A DNA stretch of 64,000 bases from an uncultured Clostridia bacterium. GTDB lineage: Bacteria; Bacillota; Clostridia; Christensenellales; Borkfalkiaceae. The notes below the pieces were generated by a model. It was given only the letters and a program-made list of their open reading frames with translations, had not been told where the DNA came from and did no database searches. Position numbers and translations under genes: made by a program. Within the stretch, counting starts at the first letter, position 1. Every line of letters begins with the position of its first letter. Where the stretch lies: the NCBI GenBank assembly GCA_934278995.1, contig CAKQWM010000003.1:62516-126515 (forward strand). Direction: 5' to 3'. Shown piece after piece: positions 41,654 to 51,898 of the stretch.

Positions 41654-42661
41654 TCAACCGAACGCTTTTAAGAATCTGTTTTCGACACTTAACGAGACTT
41701 CGTCTTTTACTTCAAATTTCAAACCGATAAGTAAATCGTACTTTTCTCCCTCGTGCAGCCCGTAATATAACCTTTCAGCCATTTCTTCCCCGCTATAACC
41801 GAGCGAATAAACGTTAAAACCGTTAAAAAATACGGAATCTTCTGCGGAACACATAATAAGCGGGCGTTTTCCTTCCGATAAACAATCGTTGTAAAGTTTT
41901 CTGACTTTATCAAAATCGCCCTTTTCGCAAAGCGCGGTTTGAGTTTTCGGACAATAATGCCTGTATTTTGTGCCGGGAGAACGTTTGTTTAACTCCGAAA
42001 CGGCGCTTGCGTATTCGCACTTACCTACTACAGACGCGACCATTTCCGCCGTGATAAGACCTTTTCGTAAAATAACGGGATAATCGCCGGTTGCGTCTAA
42101 AACGGTGGATTCAATTCCCCCTTCGCATCTGCCTCCGTCGAGAATCATGGGTATTTTATCTTTAAAATCCTCGTAAACGTGCATTGCCGTAACAGGGCTT
42201 GTGTGCTTTGAAAGATTTGCCGACGGCGCCGCAATGGGGATATCTACGTAACGCAAAAATCTTTGCGCGTACATAGAAGACGGCACCCTGAGCGCAAGCG
42301 TATCAAGTCCGCACGAAACCAACGGAGATACCGCCCCTTTACTTTTATATACGATTGTCAACGGTCCCGGCAAAAAAGCGTCTCTTAATCTTTTAACGTA
42401 TGATTTTTCGTCGTAAACGAGTTTTGAAATATCGTAATCTTTATGAACGTGTACTATAAGCGGATTGTCTAAAGGTCTTCCCTTCGCTTCGTAAATCGCG
42501 CGTATCGCAGTATCGGAAAAAGCGTTGGCTCCAAGACCGTAAACCGTCTCCGTAGGGAACGCAACAAGTTCGTCGCGCAAAATGTAATCTTTTGCAATTT
42601 TAAGCGTTTTATCAGTGATTTTGAAGATTTTTACGTTGTTCGTATCAGACGAATACGTCAT
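41654..42661 (-). CDS. tsaC: L-threonylcarbamoyladenylate synthase (Sua5/YwlC type TsaC)
   Basis: YrdC domain (TETVYGLGANAFSDTAIRAIYEAKGRPLDNPLIVHV) plus a C-terminal Sua5 domain. The start is assigned to the internal ATG at 42661 because the longer ORF overlaps the dnaB helicase gene by about 115 bp. Confidence 0.8.
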   Translation of the reverse strand: MTYSSDTNNVKIFKITDKTLKIAKDYILRDELVAFPTETVYGLGANAFSDTAIRAIYEAKGRPLDNPLIVHVHKDYDISKLVYDEKSYVKRLRDAFLPGPLTIVYKSKGAVSPLVSCGLDTLALRVPSSMYAQRFLRYVDIPIAAPSANLSKHTSPVTAMHVYEDFKDKIPMILDGGRCEGGIESTVLDATGDYPVILRKGLITAEMVASVVGKCEYASAVSELNKRSPGTKYRHYCPKTQTALCEKGDFDKVRKLYNDCLSEGKRPLIMCSAEDSVFFNGFNVYSLGYSGEEMAERLYYGLHEGEKYDLLIGLKFEVKDEVSLSVENRFLKAFG

Positions 42662-44108
42662 CGTCCTCACCTTCTTCGGGAGCGTATTTTTCAAGACTTT
42701 GCAAATCTTCGTCGCTATACGGTTCGGGGGCGGAAGTTTCGTCGTCCTTAACGAAGACACCTTCGCTCAAAGGCGCCTGACCGCTATAATTAGTAGGATT
42801 AACAAACTTACAATAATCACCCTTAAAGAGCAACTGAAAATCGGTACAGATACCGTTACGGTTTTTAGCGATGATAATATCGGTAAGTTGTGTTGACGGA
42901 CGATTCCCCGCATCGGCATCGGGCTTATGTAAGAATATTACGAGGTCGGCGTCTTGTTCTATTGCGCCGGATTCTCTCAAATCCGACAACACGGGTTTAC
43001 CGCCTTTTCTTTGAGCAATCTGACGAGATAGCTGAGAAAGAGCGACAACGGGAACTTCAAGTTCTTTCGCTATCATTTTTAAGTTCCTCGAAATCTCCGT
43101 AACTTCCTGTTGGCGCGATTCGGCTTTTTTAGCCGATTGCATAAGTTGAAGGTGGTCAACTACGATTAAATCGAGTCGCCCCTGTCTCATTTTCAGACGT
43201 CTTGCTCTGTTCATTATATCCTGCGGAGTAACGTTAGAACTTTCGTCAACGAAAATTTTGGTTTCGTTCAAGAGTTTTTTTGCTTGCCAAAGTTTGCTGA
43301 AACCTTTTTCGTCCTTTTCTTCGAGTTTACCTTTAACAGCCGCATCCATAGGAACTTCGCCCACGGAACAAAGCATTCTCTGCGCTAATTCGACTTTCGT
43401 CATTTCGAGTTCGAAAACAGCGCAGACTGCCCCTTCTTTAAGCCCGACGTTTTCAACGATATTCATTGCAAGAGTAGTTTTACCTACCGACGGACGAGCC
43501 GCCAAAATAATCAGATTGCCCTTATGCAAGCCGTTCGTCGCGTAGTCGAGTTGAGTAAATCCGGTTTTCAGTCCCGTAAAATAATTCTTATCTTTTTGTA
43601 ACTTCTCAAACTTATCGAGTACCGGATCGAAATAATCTCTTAACCGTTCAAGATTGTGTTTTTCGTCGGTATTTGCTATATCGAAAATCAATTTTTCGGC
43701 GTAAGCAAGAGAATGTGCGCTGTCGGTGCTTTTGGTGGAATCCTCGATAATTAAATTTGAACTCGAAATAAGTTTACGTAAAACACCGTCGCGCTTGACT
43801 ATAGACAAATACTGTTCGTAGTTAGCGGAAGACGGAACGATTTTCGTCAGGTCGCTCAAATAGGATATACCGCCGACGACGTCGAGTTTGCCGTTTTTTT
43901 GCAACACGTCCGATAAAGTAACGAGGTCAACCGGTTTGTTATCGGAGATGATTTCCTTCATATAGGAAAATATCGTTTTATTCGACGACACCAAAAAATC
44001 GTCTTCTTTTAATTGTGAAATTATATCGATTTGAATAACCTGATCGAGCAGAATACAGGCAAGAACCGACTGTTCCGCTTCAAGATTATAGGGCATTTTA
44101 TTAGCCAT
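42645..44108 (-). CDS. dnaB: Replicative DNA helicase (DnaB/DnaC family)
   Basis: The N-terminal domain reads NLEAEQSVLACILLD. The RecA-like domain has GARPSVGKTT, and the tail is acidic. The ORF is 487 aa. Confidence 0.92.
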   Translation of the reverse strand: MANKMPYNLEAEQSVLACILLDQVIQIDIISQLKEDDFLVSSNKTIFSYMKEIISDNKPVDLVTLSDVLQKNGKLDVVGGISYLSDLTKIVPSSANYEQYLSIVKRDGVLRKLISSSNLIIEDSTKSTDSAHSLAYAEKLIFDIANTDEKHNLERLRDYFDPVLDKFEKLQKDKNYFTGLKTGFTQLDYATNGLHKGNLIILAARPSVGKTTLAMNIVENVGLKEGAVCAVFELEMTKVELAQRMLCSVGEVPMDAAVKGKLEEKDEKGFSKLWQAKKLLNETKIFVDESSNVTPQDIMNRARRLKMRQGRLDLIVVDHLQLMQSAKKAESRQQEVTEISRNLKMIAKELEVPVVALSQLSRQIAQRKGGKPVLSDLRESGAIEQDADLVIFLHKPDADAGNRPSTQLTDIIIAKNRNGICTDFQLLFKGDYCKFVNPTNYSGQAPLSEGVFVKDDETSAPEPYSDEDLQSLEKYAPEEGEDDDVFV

Positions 44109-44131
44109 ATATCACCTTCATAATGAAATAA

Positions 44132-45913
44132 TTACAACTTTATCGCGTCAAATTCGGATAAAGCGTCGCTAAAAGACTTCATAGCGCACTCGTAAGCGTC
44201 TTTCTTGGTTAAGTCAACGCCTGCGATTTTTAACAATTCCACGGGGCTGTCGGAACCGCCCGACGACAAGAATTTTTTATAATCTTCAACCGCCGTTTCG
44301 CCTTCGGACAAAATTCTTTCCGCTATAGAAACTGCGCTTATAATACCCGTAGCGTATTTATAAACGTAAAAAGCATTGTAAAAATGCGGTATTCTCGCCC
44401 ATTCCCAAGAAATTTCATCGTCGGAAACAACGTCGCAACCGTAATACTTTTTGTTAAGATTAAGATATTCGTTGCAAAGATATTCGCTTGTTAACGGAAT
44501 GCCTTTTTCGCAGGAATCATGCGCAATATACTCGAATTCGGCAAACATAGTCTGGCGGAACAACGTGCTTTTTATCATGTCGGTATAATAAGACAAAAGA
44601 TATTTTTTAAGCCGTAAATCGTTTGAAGTTTTTAAAAGATGTTTCAAAAGCAAAACTTCGTTTACCGTACTTGCGACTTCCGCGACGAATATCGTGTAAT
44701 CCGCTTTGTTTTTCGGCTGATTTTTGTTTGAAAAATAGGTATGCATCGCATGCCCTAATTCGTGCGCGATCGTAAAGACTTCGCTCGTCGTTTTCTGATA
44801 ATTCAATAAAACGTACGGATGTTTGAAAGCGTAAACGCCGTTGGAATAAGCGCCGCTTCTTTTACCGGACGTTTCCACGACGTCAATCCACCCGTCGTCG
44901 TGCGCCGACTGCAACAGTTGCAAATAGTCTTCTCCGAGCGGAGCAAGCCCTTCTTTTACGAGTTTGAAAGCGTCCTCGTAATCAAGTTGAATTTCGGCGT
45001 TCTTAACTATCGGAACGTAAACGTCCCACATGTGCATTTCGTCAAGCGAGAGCGCCTGTTTTTTCTGCCTTATATAGCGATGCAACGATTCAAGATTATC
45101 GTTGACGCTCGACAGCAGATTTTTATAAACGCATTCGTAAACGTCTTCGTCAACGAGCGCCATATCGAGGCAAGATTTGTAATTTCTCGCGCGCGAAATG
45201 AAAACGTTTTTGTTTACGCTGCCGGAATAAGTCGCGGTAATGGTATTGAGCAATTTTTTATAGGCGGCGTAATATTTTTTAAAAACTTCTTCTCTTAACG
45301 CGCGGTTTTTATCGGTTAAAATAAGCCCGTAAACGCCGTGCGTTACCTTTACGTCGCCACCGTCGGTTTTAACGGTCGGAAAATCTAAATCGGCATTGTC
45401 TATCATTCCGAAAATATCTCGGAATCCGCCGAAAACCTGACCGCCCAACGCAAGAACTCTTTCCGTTTCGGTCGATAAAACGTGCGCTTTGGTTTTCAGA
45501 ACGGTTTTAAGTTGATAATCGTAATCGCTCAATTCTTTGTTTGCAATATAGTCGTTGAGCGTTTTTTCGGGAAGCGCGGTTAGTTCCGGCGTGAAGAACG
45601 AAACAGCCGACGAAAACTTGACGTATAGTTGTTTAGCCCTCGAAATAAGCCCGTTATAAAAATCGTCACGAGTATCCTCGTCGTGCTTCATAGAGGCGTA
45701 AACGTAAAGTTTTTCAAGGATCTTCGCAACGTCGTCAATTTGCTTAACGCAATTTTTAAAATCTATAAAATTGCCGAGTTTACCTTGATATTTTACAAAA
45801 TCAATATTTTCTTCTACCCATTTATAATCCGCGTCGAATTCCGATGTGTTTTTATAAATACATTCTGTGTCCCATTTTAAATTTGCGGGAACGTCTTTTC
45901 TGTTTTCAAACAT
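44132..45913 (-). CDS. pepF: Oligoendopeptidase F (M3B family)
   Basis: Zinc motif HELGHAMH. The ORF is 593 aa. Confidence 0.88.
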   Translation of the reverse strand: MFENRKDVPANLKWDTECIYKNTSEFDADYKWVEENIDFVKYQGKLGNFIDFKNCVKQIDDVAKILEKLYVYASMKHDEDTRDDFYNGLISRAKQLYVKFSSAVSFFTPELTALPEKTLNDYIANKELSDYDYQLKTVLKTKAHVLSTETERVLALGGQVFGGFRDIFGMIDNADLDFPTVKTDGGDVKVTHGVYGLILTDKNRALREEVFKKYYAAYKKLLNTITATYSGSVNKNVFISRARNYKSCLDMALVDEDVYECVYKNLLSSVNDNLESLHRYIRQKKQALSLDEMHMWDVYVPIVKNAEIQLDYEDAFKLVKEGLAPLGEDYLQLLQSAHDDGWIDVVETSGKRSGAYSNGVYAFKHPYVLLNYQKTTSEVFTIAHELGHAMHTYFSNKNQPKNKADYTIFVAEVASTVNEVLLLKHLLKTSNDLRLKKYLLSYYTDMIKSTLFRQTMFAEFEYIAHDSCEKGIPLTSEYLCNEYLNLNKKYYGCDVVSDDEISWEWARIPHFYNAFYVYKYATGIISAVSIAERILSEGETAVEDYKKFLSSGGSDSPVELLKIAGVDLTKKDAYECAMKSFSDALSEFDAIKL

Positions 45914-45922
45914 AATTCTGCT

Positions 45923-46768
45923 TTATTCCTCTATAAATAACACGCCGATGGTGTTTTTACCGCAATGACAGGACACGGTGGTACCAGCGGTAGTTTCGAT
46001 TATTTCGTCAAAATCGAATAATTCTTCTACCTTACGTCTTACCGTGGCTACGATTTCCGGCGTTGCCTGACAATGTGTGATAAATACTCTTGTTTTATCG
46101 TACGAGGCGTATTCCTGCGCAAGGTCCTGAACGTATTGCTCGCAAGTACGAATCATATTACCGCCGTATTTCTTTTTGACTTTCAGTTTTCCGTCAGTCA
46201 TCGAAATATACGGATGTATCTTTAAAATTTTGGTTACCAAAAGTGTCGATAGCGAACATCTTCCGCCCTTATGCAAAAAGTCGAGTCTGTCGAGAACGAA
46301 AGAAGTCCTTGCTTTATTCTTTATCTCCTCGATCTTCTTATAAGTTTCTTCAAGACTCATGCCCTGTTTGCGGTAATCGGCCGCCTTCATGACCAAAAGC
46401 CCTTGTCCCGTTGAAAGTTGACGTGAATCAACCACGTAAACGTTATCGAATTCTTTCGCGGCAAGACAAGCGTTTGCGTAACACGCCGAATCTTCCGACG
46501 AAATATCGAAATGAAGTACGCCGTAACCTTGTGAAGTAAGTTCTTTAAATAATTCTTCGTACTCGTAAACCGAAACCGCGGAAGTTTTAGGCATTTCCCC
46601 TGTCTTTTCCACGTATTCCAAAGCCTTTACGGCGTCAACGTCAACGTTGTCTTTAAATTGATCGCTGCCGAGGGTAATGGTAAGCGGTACTAATCTGATA
46701 TTGTTATCTTCGATTAACTTTTGCGATAAGTCGCACGTACTATCCGACGTAATGATAAATTTCTCCAT
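45923..46768 (-). CDS. DegV-family fatty-acid-binding protein
   Basis: Begins MEKFIITSDSTCDLS. The ORF is 281 aa. Confidence 0.85.
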   Translation of the reverse strand: MEKFIITSDSTCDLSQKLIEDNNIRLVPLTITLGSDQFKDNVDVDAVKALEYVEKTGEMPKTSAVSVYEYEELFKELTSQGYGVLHFDISSEDSACYANACLAAKEFDNVYVVDSRQLSTGQGLLVMKAADYRKQGMSLEETYKKIEEIKNKARTSFVLDRLDFLHKGGRCSLSTLLVTKILKIHPYISMTDGKLKVKKKYGGNMIRTCEQYVQDLAQEYASYDKTRVFITHCQATPEIVATVRRKVEELFDFDEIIETTAGTTVSCHCGKNTIGVLFIEE

Positions 46769-46932
46769 AGAAACTCCTTTTTTACTCTTAATTATTTTTT
46801 ATATTTTTTTAGTAAAACTTTATTATTCTGATTGAAAACTTTGTTATTTATTCGTAAGGTGATTAAAGTTCGGGAATCAAAATTATTCAATCAATCCGAA
46901 TAACGTAAATCCAGTAACGCGTTATCTTCGTT

Positions 46933-47532
46933 TTATGCGCCGATAGCGCGCTTGTACCAGGAAACAAAAGACGAATCCTTTATTTTCAAAGACCAATCCG
47001 TGACTACGCCGAGAACGCATTTTTCGCTTATTACGCCGAAAAATCTGCTGTCCGATGAATTTTCACGATTGTCGCCGAGAACAAAAATGCAGTTATCAGG
47101 CACTTTAGTCGGTAAAAAATCTGTAACACCCTTTTTATAAACGTAATCTTCGTTTAACTTTTCGGTAACTATCCGACCATCTTTATCGGTAAAACTTAGA
47201 TAAACGTAGCCGTCTTCACTCCAGACGGTATCGCCGCCGACTGCAATAACACGCTTGATAAGCGCTTCGTTTTTTATTTCGGTATCATAAAAAACGATGA
47301 CGTCCCCGCGGGCGTAACTTGCCGTTCTGTCGGCAATAAGCAAATCCCCGTCGTTAAGAGTGTCGTACATAGATTTGCCTTTTACGCTTACCACCATAAA
47401 AACGAAGGTTTTATAATACAGCAACACGAAAAATAATGCAACGAGTATAACGCAAAAGACGACGTTGGAATATGCTTCGCGACGAGAAGATTTATCGTAT
47501 TCAATTAAATTCTTACCCGAAATATACTCCAT
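46933..47532 (-). CDS. lepB: Signal peptidase I
   Basis: N-terminal transmembrane segment, Ser box VSVKGKSMYDTL, Lys box IKRVIAVGGD, and the motif VLGDNRENSSDSR. Confidence 0.9.
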   Translation of the reverse strand: MEYISGKNLIEYDKSSRREAYSNVVFCVILVALFFVLLYYKTFVFMVVSVKGKSMYDTLNDGDLLIADRTASYARGDVIVFYDTEIKNEALIKRVIAVGGDTVWSEDGYVYLSFTDKDGRIVTEKLNEDYVYKKGVTDFLPTKVPDNCIFVLGDNRENSSDSRFFGVISEKCVLGVVTDWSLKIKDSSFVSWYKRAIGA

Positions 47533-47547
47533 TTTACGACGAAAAAA

Positions 47548-49254
47548 CTAAATAATCAGTATGTTGTTGAATACGCATTTGGTTTCGCTTTCAAAGCGGA
47601 TGCCGACTGCTTTATCGTATTCTTTCACGGAAAGCCTCATGGAATTTTTAAAATCACACGCCTTTACGGAAACGTTTTGCCAGATTTCTCCGCCCTTCAA
47701 ATCGATGACGACGGAATAATCGGCAGTTTCAAGGGGCGAAATTTCAACCATAAGGGTAATTTTCAATTCTGTAAATTCCTGCGCGTAAACATCGACGAGA
47801 ACGATGGAATTAGAGTTAACCGTCACGTCTTTGTTGTTAAGTCTGTACGAAACTATTCCGTACGACGAAGAAATACCCGAGATGCCGTTTACGCCCTGTA
47901 CGTAAGAAATATCGGTGTCGCCTTCAAAAAACAATCCGGCAACCGATTTTTTCGTTAAGTTATACAAGGTAAAAGGCGCGGTTTTGTCTTTTGAAGAATA
48001 CAATAGTTTCTGCGGAAAAGCGCTCGAATTCGTTACTTTTTTACAGATTGCTTTTGAACTTACCGTAACGCCGCTACGATACTCTATGACGGCAAAAGCG
48101 GTTATAAATTCGCAATTTCCCGTAATTTTATATATAAAATTCTTTTTATCTTCTCTTAAACCTTTGAGCGGTTTTGCCGTTTGCCATTCCCTATTTGAGG
48201 GATTAACGCCTCCTTCGGCAACGTAAACCGTGATTGTTTTCGGCTTTTTGATATCCGAAAAATCCAGTTCGAGTTCAATGGAAACGACGTTGTCTTCGCT
48301 TACGGAAAAAGACAGCAACGGCTCAAACGGGAAAATCAATTTGAAATCGAGCAAATACTTGGCGAAAAACAAATCAACGTTACGTTTACAGTTTTTATTG
48401 AGAACGTTTCTTAAATACGGCGTGTAATTAGTGTAATTGATAACGTTTTCGGATACGCGCATCATGGTATCGACGGATCTGTCGAAATCGAAATCGGGAC
48501 TGTTAGTCGCCGTCATATAGAAAACCGGACACTTAACGTACTTAACGTAGGCGTGGGCGTCAACGCCCGCAAGGAAACGCAAATGATCGTCGTCGGCGAG
48601 TAATTCCTCGTCGCCGTTTTTAAAGACGCCTCTATAGCCTCTCCAACCCGCGCCGAAAAGAGGGACGAAGCAATCCACTCTCGCGTCGGTTCCGCAGAGC
48701 ATCCAACCGACGTTCGCGCCGTTTCTCACGCCGAGGACGCCTATTCTTTCGACTTCGGGACGACTTCTCAGATAGGTTACGGCGTACTTTGCGACGGCTG
48801 CCCATTCGTACCAACAGGTTTCCTTTGCCGTAACGGGAACGTCGTCGATTGCCGTACGGGAATTTTTGAAGTTGGCGTACGCGACGCATTCGGGATACTT
48901 GGTAAAGTTTTCGGTATCTTCCCATTCGCCGCGCAAATCGACCATAAGAACCGAATACCCTTGACTGACGTAAACGTTTATCAGGTCGTAATCGACGGTT
49001 TCCGAGGGATCGGGCAAAATAAGTATCGCGCCTTTATTTGATTTTTTACCCGTCGATTTACTTTTTGCGTAAACGCCGAATATGCGCACTCTTCCGCCGT
49101 CGGTTTCCCGCCCGGAAAAGTACAAATCGTTATAAACGACGTCACCGTAAACTTCCTCACCCGTATAGGATTCTTTTAACGGAAGGGTTGCGTCGAAATT
49201 TTCCCATAGCATTACGGGAGATAAAATTACGGGAGAAGTAATCGTATTTGCCAT
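47548..49254 (-). CDS. Cytoplasmic alpha/beta-hydrolase-fold protein (AXE1 / S15 CocE-NonD-like) with a C-terminal beta-sandwich extension
   Basis: The N-terminal ~300 aa look like an esterase/peptidase fold (ILILPDP...VLMVDLRGEWED). The expected nucleophile elbow reads GVLGVRNGANVG, which lacks a Ser. There is no signal peptide. Confidence 0.5.
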   Translation of the reverse strand: MANTITSPVILSPVMLWENFDATLPLKESYTGEEVYGDVVYNDLYFSGRETDGGRVRIFGVYAKSKSTGKKSNKGAILILPDPSETVDYDLINVYVSQGYSVLMVDLRGEWEDTENFTKYPECVAYANFKNSRTAIDDVPVTAKETCWYEWAAVAKYAVTYLRSRPEVERIGVLGVRNGANVGWMLCGTDARVDCFVPLFGAGWRGYRGVFKNGDEELLADDDHLRFLAGVDAHAYVKYVKCPVFYMTATNSPDFDFDRSVDTMMRVSENVINYTNYTPYLRNVLNKNCKRNVDLFFAKYLLDFKLIFPFEPLLSFSVSEDNVVSIELELDFSDIKKPKTITVYVAEGGVNPSNREWQTAKPLKGLREDKKNFIYKITGNCEFITAFAVIEYRSGVTVSSKAICKKVTNSSAFPQKLLYSSKDKTAPFTLYNLTKKSVAGLFFEGDTDISYVQGVNGISGISSSYGIVSYRLNNKDVTVNSNSIVLVDVYAQEFTELKITLMVEISPLETADYSVVIDLKGGEIWQNVSVKACDFKNSMRLSVKEYDKAVGIRFESETKCVFNNILII

Positions 49255-49267
49255 AAATTCACCATAA

Positions 49268-51898
49268 TTATGCTGTTATCGTTATTGAGGAGCCTTTCTC
49301 GCCTGTCGCACCGGTTACGTTGATTCTTACAGGTAACCTTTCCTTCAAGGCGTCCACGTGGGAAATAATTCCGATAGAAAAATCAGAATTTTTCAATTTG
49401 TAAAGACAATCGACGACAACGTCGATAAGGTCTTTATCGAGAGAACCGAAACCTTCGTCAAGAAAGAAAAATTCCATCGGACGGGAAGATTTCGCGTAAA
49501 TACATTTTGAAAGCGCTAATGCAAGCGACAAAGACACGAGAAACAATTCCCCGCCGGAAACGGAATCTACCTTCCTTTTCGTCCCCGAAGAATAAATGTA
49601 ATCTTCCACAAAAAATTCTCCTGAATAAATCAGCCCGAAGCGCCCGCTTGTAAGTTCAAGCAATATAGAGCGCGCGTCAAGCGCGATTTCCGCGAGATAT
49701 TCCTCCGCGATATATTCGAGAAATTTTTTATGCTTAACGCACTCGAAAAGTTCCGAAACAACGCTTTTTTCTTTTTTTAAAAGTTTCAAGTCATCTTCTA
49801 TTTTACACCTTTTTTCAAAATTTTGCGAGAGATTTCGATAGTCATTTAGTAAATTATTATATTTAACTAATAAAATATTGACCGTTTGCTTGCTTTTTTC
49901 AACTTCATCGGCTAAAAAAGAGTAAGTTTCATTGTTAACGTCTTTACCCGAAAGAAGTGACGAAAGTTTTTCCGCGCGACTCGATACCGAAGCGTATTCG
50001 GTCCGATAATTTTCGATTTCCTCGTTTAACTTAGAAGTTTCGTCTGAAAAAGCGTAAACTTCCGCAATATCGACGTCAGTCGGAAATTTTGCTTCGAGTT
50101 CGCTCATTTCTTTTCTTATATCGCATATTCTGCTTTCTTTGTTCGATATGTCTGCGCTTAAAGAAGAAAGAGCGATTTCAATGGAATTTAACTTATTCTT
50201 CGACGAATCGAGTTTTTCTTCAAGTGAGGATAGAAAAGTTTCATAATAATTTTTCTTCGCATTTAAAGCCGATATTTTATCGTGCAAAAGTTCACCGTTC
50301 GTGATTTTATTAATTTTTTCGTTTGTTTTATCGACGCGCTTTCTGATATTTTCTCCATCGAGTTTTATCTTAGATAATTGCATCGAATACTCGCTGAGTT
50401 TAAGTTCGTAAGAAGAAATTGTCAAATTGTGCTTTTCCGAAATTTTTGCGTATTCGTCCATTAAACCGTAAAGTTCGTTTAAAGTCTTTACGCAATTTTC
50501 CAAACAAATATCGTCTGTTTTGATTTCCGATAACAAAGATATCCTCTTTTCGATTTCGGACAAACTATAGGATACGTTAAGCGATTTTAAAAAATCCAAC
50601 TCGTCTTTAATAAAAGCGGATTGAGCGCCCTTAACTAACTTATCGATTTCAAAATTGATTTTTTTATCGAGATTCAGATATTTATCACTGTTTTTCAGGG
50701 AGTCCAAACTACTTTTTTCATTCTTTAAAAGATTTTCTGTTTCGTTATATAAATTTAAAATTTCGGAATATTTTTTACGCAGTGAAACAAGTTCGCGCTC
50801 GGCTTCTTTGTTTTCCCGCTCCTCCTCGGACAATAGTTCGAGTTTCCCTACTTCGACAATAATATCCTGCACGCTTCTTTTAATAGAATCTTTTTCGGAA
50901 AGTTTATCTTTAAGATCCGAAATCGATTTTTCAACCTCGGCTTTAGACGACGTCAAAGAAATCTTTTCAGACTCGTCCTTAGTTTTAAGACGCAAGTTTT
51001 CGTTAAGTTCGTTTTTTAGGGAGTAATACTTTTTTACCGGCTCGATAAGCGATAATATCGTTTTGAATTTTTCGATTTTTTGTTTGTCTTTTGAAAGGCG
51101 CGCTAAGGTTTCGTTACAGGTTAAAAGTTCGTTATGTCGTTCATAATCTTGCTTATAATCGTTGAATTTTTCTTGTATTTTGAGATATTTTACGTTTTCT
51201 TGTTCGTAAAGAATTTTATTGTTTTCAACTAAAATTTTAGTATCTGTCAAAACCTTTTCATCTACCTCGGTATATCCCGCCAAAAGCCCGTTTTGATATT
51301 GAATTTTGCTATCGTAATAAAATAGTTTAGTCTTTAATCTTTCTTCTATGCGTTCGCCGTATTTACCGAGGTTGAACAAACCGCTCATCATTTGTAATCT
51401 GTCGGCGCGTTTAAGCGTTACGAATGCGGAAAACTGTCCTTGCGGAAGTACGATACATTTTTCAAAATCGTCTATATCGAGACCGATTATCTCTTGAATT
51501 TTTGCGTTTACTTTTGAAGTATTATCTTCTACGGGATGTTTTTCGTCTCCCGAAATAACGAATATTTTTGCAACGGGTTGAGGAGGGTTTTTTCTTTCGC
51601 CTTTCGCCTGAAACTCACGATATACTTCGTACGTTTTTCTTTCTCCGTCGATAACTATCGAGAACGAAAACCGCACGTAACACTTTTTCGTTACCGTATT
51701 TATGTAGTCTTCCCTGTCGCTGCTTTTAGGCAATCTGCCGTAAAGGGCAAGAAATATACAGTCGAGAATCGTTGACTTACCGCTCCCCGTGTTGCCGAAA
51801 ATTCCGAATAAACCGCCTTTCAGCAATTTATCAAAATCTACGGTTACTTTATCAGTATAACTTTTGACACCGCAAAACTCTAATTTTTCAGGCTTCAT
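49268..51898 (-). CDS. sbcC: Exonuclease SbcCD, ATPase subunit SbcC
   Basis: Walker A GNTGSGKST, a long coiled coil, and the C-terminal signature/D-loop (FLDEGFGSLD). It overlaps sbcD by 11 nt. Confidence 0.9.
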   Translation of the reverse strand: MKPEKLEFCGVKSYTDKVTVDFDKLLKGGLFGIFGNTGSGKSTILDCIFLALYGRLPKSSDREDYINTVTKKCYVRFSFSIVIDGERKTYEVYREFQAKGERKNPPQPVAKIFVISGDEKHPVEDNTSKVNAKIQEIIGLDIDDFEKCIVLPQGQFSAFVTLKRADRLQMMSGLFNLGKYGERIEERLKTKLFYYDSKIQYQNGLLAGYTEVDEKVLTDTKILVENNKILYEQENVKYLKIQEKFNDYKQDYERHNELLTCNETLARLSKDKQKIEKFKTILSLIEPVKKYYSLKNELNENLRLKTKDESEKISLTSSKAEVEKSISDLKDKLSEKDSIKRSVQDIIVEVGKLELLSEEERENKEAERELVSLRKKYSEILNLYNETENLLKNEKSSLDSLKNSDKYLNLDKKINFEIDKLVKGAQSAFIKDELDFLKSLNVSYSLSEIEKRISLLSEIKTDDICLENCVKTLNELYGLMDEYAKISEKHNLTISSYELKLSEYSMQLSKIKLDGENIRKRVDKTNEKINKITNGELLHDKISALNAKKNYYETFLSSLEEKLDSSKNKLNSIEIALSSLSADISNKESRICDIRKEMSELEAKFPTDVDIAEVYAFSDETSKLNEEIENYRTEYASVSSRAEKLSSLLSGKDVNNETYSFLADEVEKSKQTVNILLVKYNNLLNDYRNLSQNFEKRCKIEDDLKLLKKEKSVVSELFECVKHKKFLEYIAEEYLAEIALDARSILLELTSGRFGLIYSGEFFVEDYIYSSGTKRKVDSVSGGELFLVSLSLALALSKCIYAKSSRPMEFFFLDEGFGSLDKDLIDVVVDCLYKLKNSDFSIGIISHVDALKERLPVRINVTGATGEKGSSITITA

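Noticed and set aside
42662-42760. Longer TsaC/Sua5 N-terminus
   Set aside because: It overlaps the 3' end of the dnaB helicase gene by about 115 bp. The conserved YrdC domain starts after the internal Met.
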